Shown here: piece after piece, positions 8,752 through 17,766 of the stretch
Numbering within the stretch: position 1 is the stretch's first letter
Layout of the letters: every line of letters starts with the position of its first letter
Assembly: GCA_019721075.1 (NCBI GenBank)
Contig: JAHEAD010000009.1
Span: 1 to 29,887 of the forward strand
Direction of reading: 5' to 3'
DNA from: Candidatus Sysuiplasma jiujiangense
GTDB taxonomy: Archaea > Thermoplasmatota > Thermoplasmata > Sysuiplasmatales > Sysuiplasmataceae
DNA: 29,887 bases
Notes under the pieces: model-generated
The model's database searches: none
What the model saw: only the letters and a program-made list of their open reading frames with translations
What the model was told of the DNA's origin: nothing
Made by a program: the position numbers and the translations under genes

Positions 8752-9900
8752 CTATCTTGCCAGTTTCATGTGGGCGGATGCCAGTTCCCCCCTGGCCTGT
8801 GCGGCGAGCGTTGACAGTTCACCTGCCAGAATTACTGATGCTGCTATCTCGGCAAATTTCACAGCCTTTCCGCTTCCGCTGCAACCGATCATCTGCAGCG
8901 CTTCCCGCTGAGTCGGAAGTGAAGTGCCTCCTCCTACCGTGCCAACCTCAAGGGAAGGCAGTCTGATGGAAACATACAGTCCGCCGTCAATGTGCTCTGC
9001 AGTGGAAATGCCCATGCTGGCCTCGACCACCTGTGCTGCGTCCTGTCCGGTGGCTATGAATAACGCTGCGGCCATGTTGGCAAAATGGGAGTTGAACCCG
9101 TAGGCCAGGGAGATGGCACTTCCGAGCAGATTCTTCCTGTATGCAGTTTCGGCGATCTCCGCGGAGGTGGCATGCAGCCTCCTCCTCACAATCCTCTCAG
9201 GTATCGTTGCCTCGGCCACAACCGTCTTCCCTCGGCCCAGAATATAGTTGATCGCAGAGGGCTTCTTGTCTGTGCAGACATTTCCTGAAACCGAAATGGT
9301 GACTGCACCCGTTTCCCTTTCAACGATATCACATATCCTCTGCGATGCAAAGGTTGCAATATTCATACCCATCGCATCGCCCGTTCGGAACGATAGGCGG
9401 ACGTGCAGTGTCCTGCCGGAAATGAACGGCAATGCAGACATAAGCTCACCATGTTGTGTGACCTTTTTCACTTCACTTTCAAGTCTGAGCAGGTTGTTCT
9501 CAATCCATTTCGATGTCTGAATACCATGTTCTATACCTTCGACACGAAAGACAGGAGCCCTGGTCATTTCGTCCTTAAGGACGCGGCTGTACGCGCCGCC
9601 GGAATCCGTTATGACAGAACAGCCGCGGGCGATTGTTGCGATAAGCGCTCCTTCGGTCGTGGCCAGAGGGATGAAAAAATCCCCTTTTGCCTTCTTCCCT
9701 CTTATTCTCAGCGGACCAACCACTCCCATCGGTACCTGGGCAACGCCTATAAAATTCTCGCAGTTCTTTGAAGCCGCTTCGGGTTCGAACGAACCGGCTG
9801 CAATGTGGGAAAGTTTTGTGTTTGTCTCCGATTCGATTGTTCTCCTTCTCTCTTCTGTCTCCTCTCTTCCGGCGCCCCGCGGAAGCGAAATGCGCTTCAT
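8752..9900 (-). CDS. hmgA: Hydroxymethylglutaryl-CoA reductase (NADPH), class I
   Basis: CENFIG, PLATTEGAL, MTRAPVF, TGDAMGMN, SGNVCTDKKP, GQDAAQ, GTVGGGT, AGELS and C-terminal catalytic His (AHMKL). Start placed at ATG 9900. Confidence 0.96.
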   Translation of the reverse strand: MKRISLPRGAGREETEERRRTIESETNTKLSHIAAGSFEPEAASKNCENFIGVAQVPMGVVGPLRIRGKKAKGDFFIPLATTEGALIATIARGCSVITDSGGAYSRVLKDEMTRAPVFRVEGIEHGIQTSKWIENNLLRLESEVKKVTQHGELMSALPFISGRTLHVRLSFRTGDAMGMNIATFASQRICDIVERETGAVTISVSGNVCTDKKPSAINYILGRGKTVVAEATIPERIVRRRLHATSAEIAETAYRKNLLGSAISLAYGFNSHFANMAAALFIATGQDAAQVVEASMGISTAEHIDGGLYVSIRLPSLEVGTVGGGTSLPTQREALQMIGCSGSGKAVKFAEIAASVILAGELSTLAAQARGELASAHMKLAR

Positions 9901-9957
9901 GAAGTTGAAATGAAACAACTGATATAATAAGCATTGATGAGTTTCGACCCGGTAATG

Positions 9958-9965
9958 TTTTAATA
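9958..9965 (+). promoter_or_regulatory. TATA box of tRNA-Ile
   Basis: TTTTAATA lies about 25 nt upstream of the tRNA 5' end. Confidence 0.55.
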
Positions 9966-9987
9966 AGAGCCCTCTTTTCAGTTTCGA

Positions 9988-10062
9988 GGGCCCGTAGCTT
10001 AGCCTGGCTGGAGCGCCCGGCTGATAACCGGGAGGTCAAGAGTCCAAATCTCTTCGGGCCCA
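9988..10062 (+). tRNA. tRNA-Ile(GAT), no intron, no encoded CCA
   Basis: GGGCCCG/CGGGCCC acceptor plus discriminator A, D-stem GCTT/GAGC, CCCGG-CT-GAT-AA-CCGGG, T-arm AAGAG-TCCAAAT-CTCTT. Confidence 0.93.
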
Positions 10063-10144
10063 TTTGCTGGAGAATCCAGATCCTGGTGCCCGTACTGTTA
10101 ATTAACCCGTTTCCCTTGATAACCCAGAGCAGGGGCTGAAAACT

Positions 10145-10738
10145 ATGGCTGAATGGGTTAAACCGGTAACGCTGAAAAGCAGGCATCTCACTGTCAGGCC
10201 CATGAACATCGATGATTCAGACGCGCTGAGCCGAATTATCGAAGTGGGCGACTATGCCCTTCTGAGGCAGGGCGGACCGGAAAACAATACGGCCGAGGCT
10301 TTCAGAAGTTATTTTCAGGGTATTATCGGCGAACCAGGGCGTCTCGAATTCGTCATAATAGACAACGGTACGGGGAAGATGGCCGGTCATACGGGTTATC
10401 TCGATATCAGAGAACATGACAGGGCACTGGAAATCGGGCACACCGTTCTTGCCAGACAGTTTCGAGGCGGATATGTCAATCCGGAGTCCAAATACCTGCT
10501 GCTGTCGCATGCTTTTGAGACACTGAATGCCGTCAGAGTCCAGATCAAGACAGACACCAGAAATGTGAGGAGTCAGAAAGCGATTGAAAAGATCGGCGCA
10601 GTCAGGGAGGGCATACTCCGTTCACATGACATCACTGCATACAATGTTGTCAGGGATGTTGTCATGTACAGCGTCATTTCAGGCGAGTGGCCAAGTGTGA
10701 AGCAAAAATTAATAGAGAGGATCGAGCAGACATCATGA
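10145..10738 (+). CDS. GNAT N-acetyltransferase, RimJ/RimL-like
   Basis: LEIGHT, NPESKYLLLSHAFE, RVQIKTDTRNVRSQKAIEKIGAVREGILR, RDVVMYS. Confidence 0.92.
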   Translation: MAEWVKPVTLKSRHLTVRPMNIDDSDALSRIIEVGDYALLRQGGPENNTAEAFRSYFQGIIGEPGRLEFVIIDNGTGKMAGHTGYLDIREHDRALEIGHTVLARQFRGGYVNPESKYLLLSHAFETLNAVRVQIKTDTRNVRSQKAIEKIGAVREGILRSHDITAYNVVRDVVMYSVISGEWPSVKQKLIERIEQTS

Positions 10739-10810
10739 CTGTTTCTGCTGAATCCGGGAATCACCACTTCTGGTTTGTTCTGTCGCGTGCGGCACCACGT
10801 CTCTTCTGAC

Positions 10811-11061
10811 GAGTATTCCGTTCTAGTACAGGTTAAATTTTTCCACAGCCACATTTACTTCAGTTCCCGGTTCATAATATCTCGCAGCCTTGACTATGAA
10901 GTGTTCTTCGCCGATACCGCAGAACAGATAATGAGTGTCTCCGATTGTCTCCGTGCTGAGAATATCCGCCCTGATGCCGTCCGGAGAAAAATGAGTCCAT
11001 TCAGGTCTGAATCCTGCTTTCATAGCGCCGTCTCCGAAACCAAAAATTTGGCAGATATGAA
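10811..11061 (-). pseudogene. Remnant of a sugar ABC transporter ATP-binding protein (C-terminal TOBE region only)
   Basis: Reads FISAKFL / frameshift / GFGDGAMKAGFRPEW...ETIGDTHYL...KFNLY * NGIL. GFRPE and ExxG are MalK-type TOBE features. The ATPase domain is absent. Confidence 0.65.
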
Positions 11062-11097
11062 TTTTTCCAATTGTGTCAAGGTTTAAAGTGTGCCGGA

Positions 11098-12003
11098 TTA
11101 CGAATTGACGGCGTGCCCGCCGAACAGTCTCTTTCTTGTGATTTCGACAGCCGCAGGAGAGACGTCGGCAGCAATCCAGTGTCTCTTCATCTGCCTGGCG
11201 ACAAATGCAGTTGTTCCGGATCCAGAGAAGAAGTCTGCCACAGTGTCCCCTTCGTCCGTTGATGCTGCGATAATTCTCCGGAGCAGTGCTTCCGGTTTCT
11301 GGGTGGGATAGTCGATCTTTTCAGGCTGGTTTCCTCTCAATGCCGGTATATCCCAGACATCGCGCATTTTCACTTCGTTGTAGTAACCGTGCGCATCCTG
11401 CTTTAAGTCGATGTTTCTGAAACCGTATCTGTACATCAGGTACGACTTTTCCTTCAATCTGTTAAATTTATATTTCCCCGTTCGTGAATAGAATAAAATC
11501 GAGTCGTGTTTGCGGCTGAAAGTTTTGTTCCCCGCGCCACCTGTTTTGTAATGCCAGATAATTTCATTCCTGAAGTTTCCATACCCGAAAATTCTGTCCA
11601 TCAGGATCTTCACGTAATGCGAAGCATGCCAGTCGAGATGGACGTAAATGGAACCCGTACTTCTGAGCAACCTCCTCATTTCGAGAAGTCTTGGGTTGAG
11701 CCAGTCCAGGTACGATGAAATACCCCCTTCCCATCTGTCGGCAAATACTTCCGACTTCTTCAATTCGCTGCCAGTCTTGCTGTATCGTCTGTTTGTAAAA
11801 AATGGAGGATCGGCATATATGAGATCCAGAGATTCTGACGGAAGGCCCCCCATTATATTCAGATTGTCACCGCAATAGATGACATCGACCATACCGCGTT
11901 TGACAGCGTCATTGCATAGGATGTCTGGTGCCCGCCCCTCATTTTGAATTTCGACGGAAGACATGAGATAATCGGTCATCGATCCTACTGGATGAACAAG
12001 CAA
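11098..12003 (-). CDS. Site-specific DNA methyltransferase, beta class (probably N6-adenine)
   Basis: GDNL, DLIYADPPF, GSIYVHLDWHASHY, NEIIWHY, YPTQKPEALL, DFFSGSGTT. Start uncertain; conserved part begins near ATG 11892. Confidence 0.9.
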   Translation of the reverse strand: MLVHPVGSMTDYLMSSVEIQNEGRAPDILCNDAVKRGMVDVIYCGDNLNIMGGLPSESLDLIYADPPFFTNRRYSKTGSELKKSEVFADRWEGGISSYLDWLNPRLLEMRRLLRSTGSIYVHLDWHASHYVKILMDRIFGYGNFRNEIIWHYKTGGAGNKTFSRKHDSILFYSRTGKYKFNRLKEKSYLMYRYGFRNIDLKQDAHGYYNEVKMRDVWDIPALRGNQPEKIDYPTQKPEALLRRIIAASTDEGDTVADFFSGSGTTAFVARQMKRHWIAADVSPAAVEITRKRLFGGHAVNS

Positions 12004-12232
12004 CTAGTTATCACTTACCCATATCTCCTGAAACAGCGCCGTCTGAAAAGGCAACTTATACAGAAACTGAAGCCGCCATCGGCATGGCCGGAGACAGTAT
12101 CCTGGAAATTTCTGAGCATGGTGACAGTCAATGGAGTTATGGAGGCACATTCTTCGCAGCCCCTGAGGCCAGTCTGCCAATTATATTGTGTTCGACATGT
12201 AGGTGAAACCATCAATTGAAATTTTGAACCCA

Positions 12233-12244
12233 TTATTTAAATAA
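12233..12244. promoter_or_regulatory. Palindromic AT-rich element, candidate bidirectional TATA box
   Basis: TTATTTAAATAA is a perfect 12-bp palindrome between the divergent MTase region and the kinase gene. Confidence 0.45.
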
Positions 12245-12259
12245 CTCTCAAACCGAACG

Positions 12260-14887
12260 TTGAGTGACATTCGGGGCGGTTCGGTGGCGAAATGGAGCAA
12301 TGATATGTCAGGCAGATTCATCCGCAGAATTTCTGCCTCATATAACGAACCGCTCCATGGATTCATCCCGCCGGTTGCAGCAACAATTGCACTGCTGCTC
12401 ATAGGTCTTTACAGCCCTGTTGCATATACAATGGGAACTGTAATCTATGCAGATGATTTCGGCTACTTTCTTACTGCAGTTATCACCTTAGCAACAGTCG
12501 TGCTTTATTTTGCGCGTTACAGAAAGACGATGTTTCTGCAGGATCTTTTCGTTGCCGCCGCACTGATTCAGTCGGCAATCTTCATCGCCGGCACAATATA
12601 CGTATCCATACTCTTCAACGGACTCCAGGTGAACAGTTTCTCATTTCTATATACCATACTTGATGCTGCGAGGCTCCTTTTAGTGCTCCTTCTCCTGTAT
12701 TTCGGGCTCTTCAATGCAAGAGTTGCAGATATCAGAAAATCCGTCATTTACTCGGTGTTTGTTGTTTCAACAACAGTGTTCGGCATACTGCTGGTCGCTC
12801 TGATAATATACAGCAGGGCAATCGAAAGCATTACCTTTGCTATTGTGTCAGAGCTTTTCGTTTTCCAGGACATAGCGCTGCTGTTAACCGCATCCCTTGT
12901 GCTGTTTTTCCTGCTTCTGGAAAGGACTGTAAACGTCCATAGGACACGTAACAGCATGTTCGGTCTCTCAGTTTTCGTCGTGTTCCTCCTGATCGGCAGA
13001 ATTTTTTATGACTCCTCACAATTTTATTCGCCTTACACGCTCTCTTATGCACATTTGTTCAGCTGGACTGGTGTGCTGTTTCCCCTGTGGGGAATAATGC
13101 TTGATGCCAGGAATGATGCAGACATAAGCCTGAGATTTGAAAGGAATATTGCAGATATTGGATTGTACTGGAAAGCATACAAATCTGGTGGTTCAAAAAG
13201 CGGCTGGAGCAATTTTCTCTCGGCATGTCTTTCCACTCTTTCAGATGCAACAAGCGGTGCTACTGCCTATGTTTACGAGTCCGAAGGCAGTAACAGCTGG
13301 AAACTTCTGTCGACCGGAGGAAAGGACGGGAATTCGTGCGTGCAGCATGTGACTCTTCCTCCCGTTCATGCTGACATACTCAGCGGCGGCCTGATGATAA
13401 ACGCAGCGACGCTGTCGCACGACGAAATGAATTACAACTCATTCAGGGATTTCGGAAATAATTTCCTGCTTAGCTTTCAAAGGAGCGGTGATACAGTGCT
13501 GATGACCGGAATCACCATTCCGGACAAGCAGCCGCTCTTCAATGATTACGCAGCCAGACTGGAGCGCGTTTCCACCCTGCTGTCCGTGGATTTGAGCAGC
13601 CGCAGGGATGAGGAAAAACGTGAGAAAATGACGCTGAGACTGCTTGCACTCATAGATGTCGCGCAGAAGCTGAACAATGCAAGAGGCAAGGATGAACTCT
13701 ATGAATCGGTCTGCAGGACGATCACTGAAAATATCGGCTTTTCATATGTCTCTGTATGGGAGGTGGGAGAAGACAGAATGATCCGGCTCAAAGCATGGGA
13801 CTGGCCGGAAGAGTTCAGCTCTCTGCTCAGCAGGGACATTACGCTGACCCCAGGACGCGGCATCATAGGGACATGTGCTCTCACGAAAAAACCGTACATG
13901 TCCAATGATGTTTCAAAGGATCCGGTTTTTCTGAATCTTGACATATCAAGAGTCGAGAGTGAGCTTGCAGTTCCAATCGTAATCAGCGGCGAATGCACCG
14001 CTGTGCTAGATATTGAATCCGCCTCCCTCAATGCATTCGACAGATTTGATTACGACACACTTGTCATATTTTCCAATCTCATGTCGATGTCGCTGCGCAA
14101 TATTGATCTTTACAGAGGTCTCGAAGAGAGCGAAAGACTCGCCGAAATGAGGGCGCACATGCTTGTCCATGACATAAAGAACCTGTTTCAGTCAATTACA
14201 CTCAATCTCGAACTGCTTTCCGGCAGAACCTCACAATCCAGGCAGATTACCGAGGCTGACATAAAGCTTTTTCAGAACCTTAATTCAGTTATAGCAAAGG
14301 GCAATAAGTTTGTAAACACTGTTCTGGAAATTGTAAGGCTCGGGAGCAAAAGGGACGTGGTGACGCAGAATTACAGCCTTCATTCACTGCTGAGTTCTGC
14401 CCTTTCGGCAGTCAGATCATCCTTTTATCCGAGAGAGATAGACATGGAGGCCGACCTGGATCCAGGGGCAGCGGAAATCTGCAGTTCGGATCTTGTCGAA
14501 GAAGTGTTCATCAACCTGTTCGCGAACTCTGCTAAATACAATGAAAATGTAATTGTCAATATCAAGGTGAAGTCCTATTTGATCAATGAAAGGAACAAAA
14601 AAATGATAAGAGTGGAGATCAGGGACAACGGGATTGGTTTGAGTGCCACAGACCCGGACATTATTTTCGAGAGGTTCAGGAAGGGCTCGAAGGGTACCGG
14701 CCTGGGTCTTTCTCTTGTAAGGGCAATAATGGAGAGCAGCGGCGGAAGAATTTTTGTAAAGGAAACCTCGACATCCGGTCCGGAAAGAGGCACCACTTTT
14801 GCACTGGATTTTCCGCTGGCTGAAGGAGTATTGAACCGGCTTCCGAATGAACCTGATGCCGCAGTCCAGGGCATCAGCGCTGAATGA
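12260..14887 (+). CDS. Multi-pass membrane sensor histidine kinase with GAF domain
   Basis: About 8 hydrophobic N-terminal segments; GAF (GRGIIG...SELAVPI...LDIES...F); H-box LVHDIKNLFQ; N-box VFINLFANSAKY; G1 DNGIG; F-box IFERF; G2 GTGLGLSL. Start uncertain (12260-12305). Confidence 0.92.
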   Translation: MSDIRGGSVAKWSNDMSGRFIRRISASYNEPLHGFIPPVAATIALLLIGLYSPVAYTMGTVIYADDFGYFLTAVITLATVVLYFARYRKTMFLQDLFVAAALIQSAIFIAGTIYVSILFNGLQVNSFSFLYTILDAARLLLVLLLLYFGLFNARVADIRKSVIYSVFVVSTTVFGILLVALIIYSRAIESITFAIVSELFVFQDIALLLTASLVLFFLLLERTVNVHRTRNSMFGLSVFVVFLLIGRIFYDSSQFYSPYTLSYAHLFSWTGVLFPLWGIMLDARNDADISLRFERNIADIGLYWKAYKSGGSKSGWSNFLSACLSTLSDATSGATAYVYESEGSNSWKLLSTGGKDGNSCVQHVTLPPVHADILSGGLMINAATLSHDEMNYNSFRDFGNNFLLSFQRSGDTVLMTGITIPDKQPLFNDYAARLERVSTLLSVDLSSRRDEEKREKMTLRLLALIDVAQKLNNARGKDELYESVCRTITENIGFSYVSVWEVGEDRMIRLKAWDWPEEFSSLLSRDITLTPGRGIIGTCALTKKPYMSNDVSKDPVFLNLDISRVESELAVPIVISGECTAVLDIESASLNAFDRFDYDTLVIFSNLMSMSLRNIDLYRGLEESERLAEMRAHMLVHDIKNLFQSITLNLELLSGRTSQSRQITEADIKLFQNLNSVIAKGNKFVNTVLEIVRLGSKRDVVTQNYSLHSLLSSALSAVRSSFYPREIDMEADLDPGAAEICSSDLVEEVFINLFANSAKYNENVIVNIKVKSYLINERNKKMIRVEIRDNGIGLSATDPDIIFERFRKGSKGTGLGLSLVRAIMESSGGRIFVKETSTSGPERGTTFALDFPLAEGVLNRLPNEPDAAVQGISAE

Positions 14888-15081
14888 TACTGTGACATCT
14901 CACTCCAGCCGTAAACGTTTGGTGCGTATACGCCTGAACCCTCATTGCCCCTGTATCCGCCAGTCACTATCATATGATTTTGGACCTTGACTGCCATATG
15001 TGTATGTTGCTTGCCGTTTGACAATATTATCGTTCATTTATTATCGAAATACTTATAATGTACTTATTCGGATGCAAGATC

Positions 15082-15555
15082 ATGCCTCTTGTCGGCGTCA
15101 TCATGGGAAGCAAGAACGATTACGAACACATGTCGGCAGCAGTGGAAACGCTTAGAGAATTCGGCGTAGATGTTGAACAGAAAATTGTTTCGGCACACAG
15201 AACACCGCAGTTCATGTACGATTATGCATCCGGTGCTGCAGCGAGAGGAGTGGAGATCATAATCGCAGGCGCGGGGGGCGCGGCACATCTTCCGGGAATG
15301 GTTGCATCCCTTACATATCTGCCCGTCATCGGAGTCCCAATACCGGCAGGGCATCTGAGGGGGCTGGATTCCCTCCTGTCAATCGTTCAGATGCCCGCCG
15401 GTATTCCCGTGGCGACGGTTGCCATAGGCAATTCAAGGAACGCTGCTCTGCTTGCGCTCAGAATACTTGGTTTGAAACACAGAGATATTGCCGAGCGGAT
15501 GATATCCTTCATGAAGAAGCAGACATCGGAAGTGCTTAATGAGAAGCGCGACTGA
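15082..15555 (+). CDS. purE: N5-carboxyaminoimidazole ribonucleotide mutase
   Basis: [28 protein letters not shown], SIVQMPxGIPVATV. Start at ATG 15082. Confidence 0.96.
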   Translation: MPLVGVIMGSKNDYEHMSAAVETLREFGVDVEQKIVSAHRTPQFMYDYASGAAARGVEIIIAGAGGAAHLPGMVASLTYLPVIGVPIPAGHLRGLDSLLSIVQMPAGIPVATVAIGNSRNAALLALRILGLKHRDIAERMISFMKKQTSEVLNEKRD

Positions 15556-15570
15556 GTTCCGGGTGTTGCA

Positions 15571-16665
15571 ATGAATATCGGGATCATCGGATCCGGACAG
15601 CTCGGATGGATGATGATAATAGAGGGGAGGAAGCTACAGAACAGTTATTACATTCTGGACAGTGACCCGGGACCCGCGTCACGTGTTGCAGACGGATTCC
15701 TCCCCTTGAAGGAATACAGGAAGTTCGTGGACAGCTGCGACGTTGTGACATTTGAATTCGAGCACGTCGATGAGCATGCTCTTCTCTACGCCGAGAAGAA
15801 ACATAAGCTTCGTCCTTCCATTGATGCGATAATGCTGAAAAGGGAAAGGGCGGCAGAAAAGGAATTTCTCAGTTCCGTTGGTGTACCGCTTGCGCGGTAT
15901 ACAATAGCCGACTCGGGAGAGGAGGCCATGAGGGATGCGAACAAATTCAAAAGAGCAGTGATAAAGGCGTCCCGTGGAGGCTATGACGGCAAGGGACAGT
16001 ACTATTTCGACGCTTCGAAACCATATGCCGGCAGAATGCGGCTTCCTGCCGGAGAACGCTATGTGGTTGAGGAACACATAGACTTTGATTGCGAAGCATC
16101 CATAATAGCATCGAGGGATGAGAACGGCATAAAGAGATTCCACACGCCTTCCATGAACCGCAACGAGGGAGGGATCCTTTTCTATAACGATGCTCCGTTT
16201 GAAGACTTCGGCATGCGGGGTGTAGCCTCAAAAATACTCGACGCTCTGGATTATGTTGGCGTAATGGGGATAGAATTCTTCATCACTGGCAGCAGATGCA
16301 TTGTGAATGAAATCGCTCCGAGGGTACACAACAGCGGCCATCATACACTGCACGGTTCGTCGATATCACAATTCGAGCAGCATCTCAGAACCATCACGGG
16401 CCTGCCGATTCCTGAACCTGTGCTGTACAAGCCCAGCGGGATAGTCAATTCTGTTGGAACAGAGATAACAAGGGAGGTTGAAATGAAGCTTCTCAAAATC
16501 CCGGAAACGCATTCATACCCATATGGCAAAAGGGAACTGAGGAAGAGGCGTAAAATGGGGCACGTGAACATCAATGCCGGCAGCAGGAGGGAGCTAGCCG
16601 AGCGAAGGAATGATGTGATCAGCGTGCTTTACGGGAAAGAGCCTCTGGATTTTTTCCTGCCCTGA
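15571..16665 (+). CDS. purK: N5-carboxyaminoimidazole ribonucleotide synthase
   Basis: GSGQLGWM, TFEFEH, GGYDGKGQ, NEIAPRVHNSGH, SQFEQHLR, RKMGH; directly follows purE. Confidence 0.96.
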   Translation: MNIGIIGSGQLGWMMIIEGRKLQNSYYILDSDPGPASRVADGFLPLKEYRKFVDSCDVVTFEFEHVDEHALLYAEKKHKLRPSIDAIMLKRERAAEKEFLSSVGVPLARYTIADSGEEAMRDANKFKRAVIKASRGGYDGKGQYYFDASKPYAGRMRLPAGERYVVEEHIDFDCEASIIASRDENGIKRFHTPSMNRNEGGILFYNDAPFEDFGMRGVASKILDALDYVGVMGIEFFITGSRCIVNEIAPRVHNSGHHTLHGSSISQFEQHLRTITGLPIPEPVLYKPSGIVNSVGTEITREVEMKLLKIPETHSYPYGKRELRKRRKMGHVNINAGSRRELAERRNDVISVLYGKEPLDFFLP

Positions 16666-17713
16666 TCTTCAGGAAATCGTCAAATGCAACCGAAGCCCTC
16701 CTCAGCCTGTTCATTACAGCCAGACCGATCCCTCTTTCGCTGAATCCCTCGGCAACGATGACGTCGAAACGGGCTGAATCCGCCTCTCTTATCGTTCTGA
16801 ACAGGTTGCTGCCGACAGTTGCCAGATCATTCCTGCTCCCTATCCTCACGACATTCCCGCCTGTTATACCGCATTCATCGGAAACCATTGCGCATACCTT
16901 CAGCCCCATGCTGCGGGTCTTTTTCAGCATTTCATCCATCCTTTCATCGACATCTTCGCCCGGTTCAACAAGAAGCAGCACCGCATTTGAAGGCGAATAG
17001 TGCCTGTGTTTCATACCCGGAGACGGCGCAGTTCCTTCTACCGGAGCTGACTGCAAAACGGCCGGGTGTACCTCCACATCTCCTATAAACGACATAAGCT
17101 GTTCTACTGTTACTGCGCCCGGCCTGAGAATCCTGGGTATATCGCGTGTAACATCGAGCACGGTTGATTCCAGCCCTATTTCGCTACGACCGCCGTCAAT
17201 TATGAAATCAACGAGTCCGGACAATTCCATGATTGCCTGTGATGCTTCAGTGATACTGGGCATGCCCGAAAGATTTGCGCTCGGAGCGGCTACCGGCACA
17301 CCCGCATACGCAATGAGTGTCTGCGCAACGCGCGCTGACGGCATCCTGACCGAGACTGTTTCCAGACCGCCGGTCACATTGCAGGGTATAAGCCTGCTCT
17401 TGCGCATAACCAGCGACAGCGGGCCAGGCCAGAATTTTTTCATCAATTTTTCCGCCGTATCCGGGACAGAATCCACAACTGCACTGAGCTGGTCGTAGTC
17501 GGAAACATGGACAATCAGAGGATTGTCAGCAGGTCTGCCCTTAACCCTGAATATACCAGAGACCGCTTTCTCCGAAAGTGCGTTTGCTCCCAGTCCGTAG
17601 ACGGTTTCTGTCGGGAATACCACAAGTCCTCCCTTGCGGAGGCAATCCGACGCCTGCCTCAGCAAATCCGCACTGGCGTTGTCATGGATCCTGACTATTT
17701 TGGTTTCCTGCAT
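16619..17713 (-). CDS. sua5: L-threonylcarbamoyladenylate synthase (Sua5 type, with C-terminal SUA5 domain)
   Basis: FPTETVYGLGA, KGRPADNPLIVH, FWPGPL, AAPSANLSG, GLESTVLD, SPGMKHRHYSP, AVMNRLRRA. Confidence 0.95.
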   Translation of the reverse strand: MQETKIVRIHDNASADLLRQASDCLRKGGLVVFPTETVYGLGANALSEKAVSGIFRVKGRPADNPLIVHVSDYDQLSAVVDSVPDTAEKLMKKFWPGPLSLVMRKSRLIPCNVTGGLETVSVRMPSARVAQTLIAYAGVPVAAPSANLSGMPSITEASQAIMELSGLVDFIIDGGRSEIGLESTVLDVTRDIPRILRPGAVTVEQLMSFIGDVEVHPAVLQSAPVEGTAPSPGMKHRHYSPSNAVLLLVEPGEDVDERMDEMLKKTRSMGLKVCAMVSDECGITGGNVVRIGSRNDLATVGSNLFRTIREADSARFDVIVAEGFSERGIGLAVMNRLRRASVAFDDFLKIRAGKNPEALSRKAR

Positions 17714-17766
17714 TTACCCGGGACGTATCATTACAGCGCGTGGTTAAAAAAGGTTTGATATCCCTT

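Noticed and set aside
10811..10830. TAG read-through or pyrrolysine recoding, suggested by homology continuing past the TAG (LY*NGIL)
   Set aside because: The fragment is also frameshifted and truncated. pheT, hmgA and rpoE1 end in TAG at their expected C-termini, and no conserved gene here has an internal TAG.
14575..15024. 149-aa minus-strand ORF
   Set aside because: Mostly antisense to the kinase ATPase domain, with no motifs.
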